This document shows positions 25,187 to 36,890 of a stretch of 64,000 nucleotides of DNA, one piece after another (position 1 is the stretch's first letter; every line of letters starts with the position of its first letter). The notes below the pieces were generated by a model that saw only the letters and a list, made by a program, of their open reading frames with translations, was not told where the DNA came from and made no database searches. This stretch comes from Malacoraja senta (Eukaryota). The translations under genes were made by a program, and so were the position numbers. The DNA is taken from the NCBI GenBank assembly GCA_038087875.1, contig CM075989.1, forward strand, positions 23,562,001 through 23,626,000, written 5' to 3'.

Positions 25187-25490
25187 CATGGTGGCGCAGC
25201 GGTAGAGTTGCTGCCTAACAGCACTTACAGCACCAGAGACCCAGGTTCGACCCCGACTACGGGTGCTGTCTCTACGGAGTTTGTACGTTCTCCCCGTGAC
25301 CACGTGGGTTTTCTCAGAGATCTTCGGTTTCCTCCCACACTCCAAAGACACACAGGTTTGTAGGTTAATTGGCTTTCTATAAATATAAATTGTCCCTAGT
25401 GTGTGTAGGGTAGTGTTAGTGTGTGGGGATCGCTAGTCGGTGCGGACACGGTGGGCCAAAGGGCCTGTTTCCACGCTGTATCACTCTATG
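25187..25490 (+). mobile_element. tRNA-derived SINE (HE1/V-SINE-like)
   Basis: Full-length consensus match. Confidence 0.85.
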
Positions 25491-26376
25491 ACTAACAATG
25501 AACAAAGCAATAGTTGTTTTTAGTGAATATAGACACAAAATGTTGGAGTGACTCAATGGGTCAGACTGGATGTCTGGAGAAAAGGGATAGGTGACGTTTG
25601 GGTTGGGAACCCTTCTTGAGACTGATAGATAGAGAAACTTACAAGGCAAAACTTAAAGATAAGATAGAGAAACTTGAGGATAGAACTTGTTTTTAGTGAA
25701 GCAGTCTATCCCTGTGTACAAAGGCTGCCAACGTTCCATTATTGGTCAGGAAGTAAGACTTAATATCCTTAATCATTTATCATTAAACAGAAACACTTTC
25801 CCATTTCCGTTAAAACAATCCCATGGATTTCCTTTGAAAAATAGCTATAGTTAATCTACAAAAACCCAGTTGTGTTGCAATTCAGAAATGACACAGCATT
25901 TAATGTGCAAGTGCCATTTACAGCTCCTTTGTGTGACTGCTGCTCACACTTTGATAACCAACAGAAGCTCAGTATCTCTCACATCAGGAGGCAGAAATGT
26001 GGCTGGCTTGTTCTTGGAAATGGCAAAGCCTGTTTTGCTTCAGAGTAAACACAAGGAGTTTCCTAAGCGTTGTTCCAAGTTCATTTCAGAGCCCAGAACA
26101 GAGCCCTTTTCATGACTTTTGATAAAAAAAAAGAGGAGCAGAATTAGGCCATTCGGCCCATCAAGTCTACTCTGCCATCCAATTATGGCTGATCTATCTC
26201 TCCCTCCTAACCCCATTCTCCTGCCTTCTCCCCATAACCTCTGACACCTGCACTAAGCAAGAATCTATGCCTTAATAATATCCGCTGACAGCCTCCACCT
26301 GGTCGGTGCAGACTCGATGGGCCGAAGGGTCTGTTTCCGCGCTGTATCTCTAACCTAAAGTAAACTAAATTAGCTC

Positions 26377-27378
26377 AGTGCTGGAGTAACTCAGCGGGTC
26401 AGGCAGCATCTGTGGAGAACATGGATAGGTGACGTTTCACAGAGTGCTGGAGTAACTCAGCGGGTCAGGCAGCATCTGTGGAGAACGTGGATAGCTTTCG
26501 ACCCGAAACGTCACCTATCTATGTTCTCCAGAGAAAGCCTCCACATTCTTCCTGTAATGGGGCAACTAGAACTACAGGCAAGACTCCAAAAGTGGCCTGA
26601 CCAGTTTCATACAAGCTGCATCTTGCCTTCCTGACTTTTACACCAGATCCTGTCCCGAGATTTCATAACTGCACAGAAAGATTTTTGTCTTGATTCCAGA
26701 GAAAATCATCCCCATGATTAGCAATAAAAACAAAAAACAGTGACTCCTTGAGGTTTCGGGAAGTATTTGAGGAGAATATATTCTCCAAGTGTGTTTATAT
26801 TTCAGGCTGATGTGTTCCCATCACAACCAACAGATGTCAGTGGTGAACAGCTACGTGTAACTTCAATGCAAAAGCCAGAGAGAGTGGAGGTACACAAAAA
26901 GACACAGAGTACTGGAGTAACTCAGCGGGTCAGGCAGCATCTGTGGAGAACATGGATAGGTGACGTTTCACAGAGTGTTGGAGTAACTCAGCGGGTCAGG
27001 CAGCATCTGTGGAGCGAAGGAAATGGGCAACCTTTCGGGCTGAAACCCTGAAGGAAATAGGCAACGTTTCGGGCCGAAACCCAGAAGGGTTTCGGGCCGA
27101 AACGTTGCCTATTTCCTTCGCTCCATAGATGCTGCCGGAACATGGATAGGTGACGTTTCACAGAGTGCTGGAGTAACTCAGCGGGTCAGGCAGCATCTGT
27201 GGAGAACATGGATAGGTGACGTTTCACAGAGTGCTGGAGTAACTCAGTGGGTCAGGCAGCATCTGTGGAGAACATGGATAGGTGATGTTTCACAGAGTGC
27301 TGGAGTAACGCAGCGGGTCAAGCAGCATCTGTGGAGAACATGGATCGGCATGTTTCGGGTCGAGACCCTTCTTCAGAC
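26377..27378. repeat. Cluster of 66-bp tandem units and Penelope-like 3' repeats
   Basis: Tandem units at ~26377-26495, ~26903-27013 and ~27137-27350, separated by unique DNA and by a palindromic variant (27050-27135). Confidence 0.85.
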
Positions 27379-27445
27379 AAGGTGATAGGTTAATTCCCCA
27401 GCCAATCCAATTAGTGACCAATTTACTGTACATAATACTTTACGG

Positions 27446-27755
27446 ACGGCATGGTGGCGCAGCGGTAGAGTTGCTGCCTTACAGCCAATGCAGCGCCGGA
27501 GACCCGGGTTCGATCCCGACTACGGGTGCTGTCTGTACGGAGTTTGTACATTCTCCCCGTGACCTCCTTGGTTTTCTCTGGGATCTTTGCTTCCCTCCCA
27601 CACTCCAAAGACGTGCAGGTTTGAGGGTTAATTGGCTTGGTATAAAAATGTAAATTGTCCCTAGTGTGTGTGTGTAGGATAGTGCTAATGTGCGGGGATC
27701 GCTGGTCGGTGCGGACTCGGTGGGCCGAAGGGCATGTTTCTGCGCTGTATATCTA
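27446..27755 (+). mobile_element. tRNA-derived SINE (HE1/V-SINE-like)
   Basis: Full-length consensus match. Confidence 0.85.
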
Positions 27756-28187
27756 AAAGGCACAAGTATCCAGATCATTCCTTATGCTGGTGTTTACAGC
27801 AGATCAGCATCCCATCAGCGGCTTAAGGTGGAGCAGACAAAATGTGTAGGAAGGAACTGCAGATGCTGGTTTGTTGAGATGGACACAACATGCTGGAGCA
27901 ACTCAGCAGGACAGGCAGCGAAGAGGGTATGAAGAAGGGTCTCAACCTGAAACGTCACCTATTACTTTTCTCCAGAGATGCTGCCCGACCCGCTGAGGTA
28001 CTCCAACACTTTGTGTATGTAACCTGTTCATGGGCCTGATCGCCTACTCTTGTATGCAGTATCAGTGGACCACTGCCTTACACTCTTATACTGAGTATGA
28101 TTATGCCTAATGTACAGTAGGTTTATCACAAAAATGTTGGCAAAAACAGAATTTCACTGAACTTATGTAAACGTGGCAATGAAGTAG

Positions 28188-28555
28188 ATAGAAACATAGA
28201 AAATAGGTGCAGGAGGAGGCCATTCGGCCCTTCAAGCCAGCTTCGCCATTCATTGTGATCATGGCTGATCGTCCCCAATCAATAACCCGTGCCTGCCTTG
28301 TCCCCATATCCCTTAATTCCACAAGCCCCTAGAGCTCTATCTAACGCTCTCTAAAATCCATCCAGTGATTTGGCCTCCACTGCCCTCTGTGGGAGGGAAT
28401 TCCACAAATTCACAACTCTCTGGGTGAAAAAGTTTTTTCTCACCTCAGTCTTAAATGGCCTCCCCTTTATTCTAAGACTGTGGCCCCTGGTTCTGGACTC
28501 GCCCAACATTGGGAACATTTTTCCTGCAACTAGCTTGTCCAGTCCTTTTATAATT
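28188..28555 (-). mobile_element. CR1 LINE 3' fragment
   Basis: IIKGLDKLVAGKMFPMLGESRTRGHSLRIKG... Confidence 0.85.
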
Positions 28556-28734
28556 ACCACAGAATGTTGGCACAAACATTGTGGGACGAAGGGCCTGTTC
28601 TTGTCCTGTTCTATGTTCTACATTGAATTCTCCAAACGAGAAAAAAAAAAGTGGGCTTGATGCGATCAGAATTCATCTCAGCCTGATCTGGTGACTCGGA
28701 TAAAATGCTGCTGAGAAATGGTGAACTGTTCTCA

Positions 28735-28748
28735 CCAGCAGGGGGCAG
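28735..28748 (+). promoter_or_regulatory. Candidate CTCF binding site
   Basis: CCAGCAGGGGGCAG matches the CTCF core consensus CCASYAGRKGGCRS; lies in non-repeat DNA. Confidence 0.4.
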
Positions 28749-28809
28749 GCAGCTCTCACGTTTCTGTGCAGGAAGGGTCTGCAGATACTGGTTTAAACCA
28801 AAGCTTTTT

Positions 28810-30830
28810 AAAGTCAATGTCACATTTATTTATATAGCACATTTAAAAAACAACTCTCGTTGGCCAAAGTGCTTTACATTTGTTATAAGAATAGCACAAC
28901 AAAACAAACTACATACATATATACATGTAGCCCTCACTCAGAGGATGTCAGGAAAGGCTTGGGAGTACAGATAAGTCTTTAGTCTTGACTTAAAAGAGTC
29001 GATGGAGGGGGCGGTTCTGATGGGAAAGGGGATGCTGTTCCACAGTCTAGGGGCTGCAACCGCAAAGGCCCGGTCGCTCCTGAGCTTATACCTAGACCGT
29101 GGGATATTCAGCAACCCCAAGTCGGCCGATCTGAGGGGCCTGGAGGTGGAGTGGTGGGTGAGAAGACTTTTTATATAGGTGGGGGCAAGCCCATTGAGGG
29201 CTTTGTAGACATGGAGGAGGATCTTGAAGTTTATACGGAACCGCACAGGGAGCCAGTGGAGAGAGGCCAGGATCGGGGTGATGTGGTCCCTGTTTCGGGA
29301 GCCCGTCAGGAGTCTCGCTGCGGCGTTATGGACCAGTTGCAGGCGGGACAGGGAAGATTGGCTGATGCCAGTGTAAAGGGAGTTGCAGTAATCTAGGCGG
29401 GAGGAGATGAATGTGTGGATGATCTTTTCCAGGTCATCAAACTGGAGGAATTGTTTTATTTTAGCTATCGTCCGAAGCTGAAAGAAGCTAGCTTTTACCA
29501 CGGCATTGACTTGTTTGTCAAATTTCAGTGCTGAGTCAAATATCACGCCAAGGTTTTTGACACGAGGTTTGAGTAGTGGGGTAAGGCTTCCAAGGCTGCC
29601 TGCTATCATTTTGATTGAGTCCGAGGGGCCGAGAAGGATGACCTCAGACTTACTCTCGTTTAGTTGGAGGAAGTTCTGGGCCATCCAACACTTTATATCC
29701 TCGAGGCAGTGGGTAAGGTTAAACAGATTTGATTGGTTTTTGGGCTTCAGGGGGAGATAGAGTTGTGTATCGTCTGCGTAGCAATGGAAGGAAATGCCGT
29801 GCCTTTCAATGACTTGGCCTAAGGGGAGCGTATACAGGGAGAAGAGAATGGGGCCAAGGATGGAACCTTGTGGAACCCCACAGCAGAGATTAGCTGGGGA
29901 GGAGAAAGAGTTCCCTATGTTAGTCGAGAAACTCCTACCTTTGAGGTAGGAGATGAACCAGCTCAGGGCAGTGCCATCAATACCAACCCCATACCGGAGA
30001 CGGCCAATTAGGATGGCGTGGTCGACAGTATTAAATGCTGCGCTGAGGTCAAGAAGGAGCAGGATTGCACAGTCGCCGGAGTCAACGGTGAGCAGTAGGT
30101 CATTATGTACCTTCAACAAGGCAGACTCTGTGCTGTGGTGAGCCCTGAAACCTGATTGGAAAGTTTCCAAGATAGTGTTTTGGTGAAGGTAAGGTATAAG
30201 TTGACTTAAAATTACCTTTTCCAGGGCTTTTGAGAGGAAAGGGAGTTTAGAAATGGGTCTGTAGTTGCTTGGCAAGGTGGGGTCGAGGTTAGTTTTTTTC
30301 AGGAGTGGTTTGACCACCGCATGCTTGAAGCAGGTAGGTACAGTGCCAGTGGCCAGAGAGCTGTTGAAGATGGCGAGGATGCTGGGACCAGCTGTTGTAA
30401 TGACGTCCTTTAGGAGGGCAGAGGGGACAGTGTCGAGGAGGCAGGTAGTAGGTTTCATGGTGGTGATCAGTTTTACAAGGGAGGGTAGAGTAACGGGTTG
30501 GAAACTGTCTAATTTTGAAGAGCAGACCAATGAGACAGCCAGGTCACGGGTGGGAGGGGAAATATTCATTCTTATGTTCTCTACCTTGCTGGTGAAAAAT
30601 GTGGTAAATTCCTTGCACTTTGCAGGGGACCCAGTTAGGCTTGTGCTGGGGGGCAGGACAGATGATGGAGGTGATGGTGCTAAAGAGGACCTTGGAATTT
30701 TGCGCGTTTTTGGAGATAAGGGTGGAAAAATATTCAGTTCTTGCAGATTTTACTGCTTCCTGGTATTTGGCAAGATTATTTTTCAGGAGTTCAAAGGAAA
30801 TTTGAAGCTTATCAGATTTGTACTTCCTTA
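28810..30830 (-). mobile_element. 5'-truncated L2-clade LINE with 543-codon open RT region
   Basis: NYRPISKLPFLSKALEK, QSGFRAHHSTESALL, LLLDLSAAFNTVDH, GVPQGSILGPILFSLY, YADDTQLY, ...FAVAAPRLWNSIP; L2 3' end TGCTATATAAATAAA; frameshift near 30650. Confidence 0.93.
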
Positions 30831-30929
30831 AAGTTTAAGGTAGAAACAAAAAGCTGGAGTAACTCAGTGGATCAGGCAGCATCTCTGGAGAGAAGGAGTG
30901 AGTGACGTTTCGGGTCAAGAAACTTCTTC

Positions 30930-31232
30930 AGTTTAGTTTAGAGATGCAGCGTGGAAACAGGCCCTTCAGCCCACTGAGTCCACACCGACCAGCGATCGCT
31001 GCACATTAACACTACCCTACACACACGAGGGACAATTTACACATGAACCTACAATTAACCTACATACCTGTAGGTCTTTGGAGTGGAAACAGAAGATCTC
31101 GGAGAAAACCCACGTGGTCACGGGGTGAAAGTACAAACTCCGTACAGACAGCACCCGTAGTCAGGATCGAACCCGGGTCTCCGGCGCTACAATCGCTGTA
31201 AGGCAGCAACTCTACCGCTGCGCCACCGTGCC
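30930..31232 (-). mobile_element. tRNA-derived SINE (HE1/V-SINE-like)
   Basis: Full-length consensus match. Confidence 0.85.
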
Positions 31233-31804
31233 GAAACTTAGACACAAAAAACTGGAGTAACTCAACGGGTCAGGCAGCATCTCTGGGGAAAAGGAATAGG
31301 TGACGTTTCGGGTCGAGACCCTTCTTCAGACTGACGAAGGTCTCACTTTTCTCTGGTGCAACGAATCTCAAATTCAATACTGAATGATAACTTCAACTTT
31401 TAATGTCTTTTCAGTTATACGGATGAGTATTATGTATTTTGTGTCCTTTCCTGTTTATTTTGTGTCTAGTTTAGCATATGTTTATTGGCTGGTTTTCCAA
31501 TATTGTATATATTTATCCTCCTCAGTTATTTGTTTAGTTTAGAGATACAGCGTGAAAACGGGCACCAAGTCCGCACCGACCAGTGATCTCCCTGTAAACT
31601 AGTCCTATCCAACACACCAGGGACAATTTACAGAAGCCAATTAACTTCCAAACCTGTACTTCTTTGGAGTGTGTGAGGAAACCGGAGCTCCTGGAGGAAA
31701 CCCACGTGGTCCCAGGGAGAATGTACAAACTTGTATAGACAGCGCCCATAGTCAGGGTCAAACCCAGGTCTCTATCTGCTCCATCTACTCTCTCAGTAAA
31801 TTGG

Positions 31805-31935
31805 AAAATATCCTTTAGTGAAGAAGAGCAAGAAACCTCTTCCCTGTTGTTCTGATCAATATATATTTCTCAATCACCATCCCTAAACAGATTAAGTGGT
31901 CATTTTCACATTGACATTGGAGAGAACTTGCAATA
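31805..31935 (+). mobile_element. Ancient Deu-domain SINE fragment
   Basis: GAAGAAGAGCAAG...CAATATATATTTCTCAATCACCATCCCTAAACAGATTAAGTGGTCATTTTCACATTG resembles the Deu domain. Confidence 0.55.
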
Positions 31936-32650
31936 GAACATAGCACCGTAGAGCTCAAGAACAGGCCCTTCGGCCCATAATGTCCATGCCAAACATGATG
32001 TCACAGTAAACTAATCTAGTTTAGTTTAAGCTTAGTTTATAGTCATGTGTACCGAGGTACAGTGAAAAGCTTCTGGTTAGCACGCAACTAAAGCTTTTCA
32101 CTGTACCTCGATACATGTGACAATAAACTAAACTAAACCAAATCAAACCAAACCAAACTCTTCTGCCTGCATGTGATCCATATCTCTCTAATCACTGCAT
32201 ATCATGTGCCTTTCCAAAAGCCATATAAATGCCACTATCATATCTGCCTTCATCTCATTCCCAGGCAGCTCGTTCCAGACATCCACCATCCACCTACTGT
32301 GCAAATAACAAGGACATCTATAATATCAATACAAAATATTTCACTGGAACATTTCGAAAAAATCTGTGAATGGGTGAAATTCTTTATATAAAAATACAGT
32401 AGAAATCATTGCAACATTTTTCCCCAAATGTATATTTAGTTCAATGAAATGGGAAGAAACTTTCGAACAGTCAAACAGTCACGGTTGTTTTAATTCCGCA
32501 ATGTTTGGCATCACCAGGGGAGGGCAGCAGATACTTATAGAACTGCTGGACAGTCACACCAGCATTTAATGCACAATTACTCCATTGTGTCTGTAAGCTC
32601 GCTCAGTACTACAGAGGGATCTGATCTATGTTTCTTATGGTATTGTTATG

Positions 32651-32950
32651 TTTAGTTTAGTTTAGAGATACAGCACAGAAACAAGCCCTTCGGCCCACCG
32701 AGTCTGCGCCGACCAGCGATCCCCGGACACTAACACTAACCTACACACACTAGGGATAATTTTACACTTATACATTTACACCAAGCCAATTAACCTACAA
32801 ACCTGTGGAAAGAAACTGAAGATCTCGGAGAAAACCCACGCAGGTCACGGGGAGAACGTACAGACAAGCACCCGTAGTCAGGATCGAATCTGTGTCTCTG
32901 GCGTTGCAAGCGCTGTAAGGCAGCAACACTACCCGCTGCACCACCGTAGC
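32651..32950 (-). mobile_element. tRNA-derived SINE (HE1/V-SINE-like)
   Basis: Consensus match on minus strand. Confidence 0.8.
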
Positions 32951-34319
32951 CGCTCCACTACTGTGGGTTATTATCAATAAACTTCAAGTTCAAGTTCAAG
33001 TGAGTTTATTGTCATGTGTCCCTGATAGGACAATGAAATTCTTGCTTTGCTTCAGCACAACAGAACATAGTAGGCATTGACTACAAGGCATTCTATAAAT
33101 ATATACACACATGAATCAATATACTGATAAAGTGCAAATAACAGTATTGGCTAAACTGTTGGTTTCCTTGGTTGTGATAAGACACCTTGGTTTTATACTT
33201 CAGTGCTTTAGAGCTGAAAGAACGCTAGAATTAATCTCAATCTATTAGCAGGAGGGTTGTGTTAACCACAGATTGAGGGTGATTAGCACAAGCCAGCCAG
33301 CAGCAGAGGAGGAGAATTTTTCCTTTCAGACACTTGGATGTTTGATCTGGACTGCAATGCCTGTAAGGGGTTATAGGAAGATTCAATCATTGCATTGAAA
33401 ATGGAATTGAAAATCTCCTTGAAGATAATTCCATGAAGTGCTCTTGGGAAACATGTGGGGACTGGGATATTTGGTTTGCTCTTTTTAAAAACCATAATAG
33501 GTTTGATGAACTAAACAACCTCTTTCTGTAATGGAATAAGATTCAGTAAAGTTGCATCAAGATTACAGGAATGATTTGGACGGGACATGAATATATTCAA
33601 GCTGGCTACATGCCAGTCTGATACTGTCATGAGTTTACTGTTACTCTCTGGTCAACTAACGTGCTGTTATATTACAACATATTCATACAATCCTGGCATC
33701 CCTTCCACATTAGGCTCCACGCCTGGGGCAGAAGCTGTTTGTTCCTTCGGTGATTAACCGCTCAGCCAAACGAGATCTATTTGTCCAGATATCCAGCATT
33801 AGTTTTTTGGAGCATTGATCTAGCATTCGTTTTTGAGTTGAGGAACAAGGAACTGCAGATGCTGGTTAATACACAAAAGGGTGCAAAGTGCTGGAGGAAC
33901 TCAGCGGGTCAGACAGTATCTCCAGAGAACGTGGATAGATGACGTTTCAGGTCAAGACCCTCCCGCAGGTTAGAGTTCTTCATGTGTAGGAAGGAACTGC
34001 AGATGCTGGTTTAAAACGAAGATGGACACATAAAGCTGGAGTAACTCAGCGGGACAGGCAGCATCTCTGGAGAGAAGGAATGGGTGACGTTTCGGGACAG
34101 AAGGGTCTCAACCCGAAACGTCACCCAATTCTTCTCTCCAGAGATGCTGCCTGTCCCGCTGAGTTACTCCAGCTTTTTGAGTCTATCTAGAGTTCTTCAT
34201 GCCATGCTCTGTCCTGTTCCACCACTCTTCAGATTTATTTCCTTTACCCCTACTGAAGAAGGGACCTGACCAATGTAGATGGATGGTGCCTGCCTTCAGG
34301 AACGCAAGAATATAACGAT

Positions 34320-34611
34320 GATAAAGGAAACAGGCCATTGTTAGCTGTTTGTAGGGTGAAAATGAGAAGTTAGTGCGACTTGGGTGGGTGGAGGTTAGAG
34401 CGAGAGGGAATGCCGGGGCTACTTGAAGTGAGAGAAATCAGTATTCATACCACTGGGCTGTAAGCTGCCCAAGCGAAATATGAGATGCTGTTCCTCCAAT
34501 TGGCATTTAGCCTCACTCTGACAATGGTGGAGACCGAGGACAGAAAAGTCTGTGTAGGAATGGGAAGGAGAATTAAAGTGTCCAGCACCCGGGAGATCAG
34601 GTCAAATATAT
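34320..34611 (-). mobile_element. Penelope-like element fragment (GIY-YIG endonuclease C-terminus + 3'UTR)
   Basis: Minus strand 34611-34419: PDLPGAGHFNSPSHSYTDFSVLGLHHCQSEAKCQLEEQHLIFRLGSLQPSGMNTDFSHFK*. Confidence 0.8.
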
Positions 34612-34753
34612 TCTGATGGGGACATTATTTTTGACTTTGCACGATGATTGTGTATTTGTGTTTTTTTTTAATATATACCAAACTTTTAGTTGTTGTTTAT
34701 GATGGGTTTTACAGAGTACGATGTTCACATATCTGTTGTACTGCTGCAAGTAA

Positions 34754-34962
34754 AGGGCCTGTCCCACTAGGCGATTTTTTAGGCGACTGCCGGTGCCTAC
34801 GACAATGGAATTCACTGAAGTCAGCACCGGTGACAACCTACGCCATCCTGGCGACAACCTACGACAGCACCTACGTCAGGAGAAGACAAGCTACGACAAG
34901 CCCACGGCCGCCGACAGTCGCCGAAAAATGTCGAACATTTCAAAATCCAGCGGTGACCAGAA
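34754..34962. mobile_element. Partial PIF/Harbinger-like MITE
   Basis: TAA followed by AGGGCCTGTCCCACT terminal motif and CGAC-rich internal repeats; second TIR not found. Confidence 0.5.
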
Positions 34963-36041
34963 GGTGCAGTCAATGTGGATACAATGGGAAAATTGGTAGC
35001 AATTTATGAATAGCAAGATTCCGCAACTACTGTAACATACACTGGTGGTGTAGACTGAGAAGTAAATACTGAACATTTATCCCCGTATCACAACCTTCCT
35101 ATAACCTCCCTGCATGACTGGGTTAGGTTTGCCTTCATCAGTTGGTTTATTGAGTACGAGGAAATCAAAAGTCCATCAGTGATTGCAGTAGAATTAGGTC
35201 ATTCGACCCATCAAGTCTACTCTGCCATTCAATCATGGCTGATCTATCTCTCCCTCCTAACCCCATTATCCTGCCTTCTCCCCATAACCCCTGACACCCA
35301 TACTAATCAAGAATCTGTCAATCTCCGCCTTAAACATTTCCATTGACTTGGCCTCCACAGCCGTCTGCGGCAATGAATTTGTTGCAGCTGTACAAGACAT
35401 CGGTGAGACCACATTTGAGGTATTGCACCAGGACTAAGCAAAGTCCAGCACATCCTCCTTCATCCCCACTTTACGGTCTTCAATGCCGTCAGCTTTCATT
35501 AATCCCCCCGCACATCCCACGGGTGAACGACCCTCGATCGTGAATGCCTTGGGAAATGTTGCTCCATTTGAAGTACTATTTAACAAAGTTGTTGCAGCCT
35601 TGACTAAAGTAGTGCCACAGGGAGTTCAGTTGCCATTAATAAACTGTTCCAGCTTTATCCTGCTGATGTGTGAGATCCCCAGAAATACACTTAATGTCTT
35701 ACAGCCTTACAACATTTTGCTTGGTTATTAAAGTCTTTTTCCCAAACATGTTTGATCGCTTCGGGCAGAAGGTCCCGGCGACTTGCGGCCGTACTCCGAC
35801 ACCCGGGCACTTTGGATGGCACGGTGGCTGCGGTAGAGTTGCTGCCTTTCAGCGCTTGCAGCACCAGAGACCCAGGTTCGATCCTGACTATGGGTGCTGT
35901 CTGTATGGAGTTTGTACGTTCTCCCCGTGACCTGCGTGGGTTTTCTCTGAGATCCTCGGTTTCCTCCCACACTCCAAAGACGTGCAGGTTTGAAGGTTTG
36001 CTCATATTTGGCCACAGTTATTTTAAATCTGAGATTGGTAT

Positions 36042-36540
36042 CGTCGTGGCTATCCCTCGAGGTCGAGGATGATGGTCTACGTTCTGTTGTTTTCATGGAC
36101 TCTCAGGTGGCTTGTGAGTCCAATCCTGGCTTTGAAAGTTCTACGACATTCAGGACAGGTAATTCCAGATGGCAGATCGGGCATTGGTTGTTGCTGCCTC
36201 TCTTTCCATTTTCTTCTCTTTTCTTCTAATTCTGCGCATCTCTTGGCTTCGAAGGTCGCTGTTCCTTCTTGGATGAAGGTTCGCCAGAGTTTCCTGTCCT
36301 TGGCATTGGTTTCCCAATTGTCGATTTCACATTTCTTCATGCTGTCTTTTAAGGTGACTTTGAATCTCTTCTTTTCTCCGCCTCTTTTACATTTGCCTTC
36401 TTTAAGCTGGGAGTAGAAGGTTTGCTTTGGTAGACGCTCGTCTTCCATCCAAACAACATGACCAACCCATCTTGGTTCTTGATGACGAAGGCTTCGATGC
36501 TAGATGTTTTCACTTCATTCAGCACGCTGATGTTGGTTCT
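36042..36540 (-). mobile_element. 5'-truncated RTE-clade LINE with 14-bp TSD
   Basis: WVGHVVWMEDERLPKQTFYSQL...DRKLWR...CPECRRTFKARIGLTSHLRVH*; 3' hairpin and (ACG)n tail; TSD TCTGAGATTGGTAT at 36028-36041 and 36541-36554. Confidence 0.9.
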
Positions 36541-36589
36541 TCTGAGATTGGTATACAGGTAACTCTGTTATAATATGTGTTCGGCAAGT

Positions 36590-36890
36590 CCCCAACAACT
36601 CACACCAACTTCTACAGATACGCCGTAGAAAGCATTTTATCAGGATGCATCACAGCTTGGTTTGGGAACAGCTCCATCCAAGACCACAAGAAATCGCAGA
36701 GAGTTGTGGACCAACACAAAGAACAATCTCACTTCCATTGACTCCATCTACACTTCACGCTGCCTCGGCAAAGCCACCAGCATAATCAAGGACCAGTCTC
36801 ACCTGGTCACTTCCTCTTCTCCCCTCTCCCATCAAGCAAGAGGTACAGAATGTTTGAAAACACACACCTCCAGATTCAGGGACAGTTTGA
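36590..36890 (+). mobile_element. Rex1/Babar LINE 3' fragment
   Basis: NFYRYAVESILSGCITAWFG...SIYTSRCLGKATSIIKDQSH...TSRFRDS. Confidence 0.75.
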
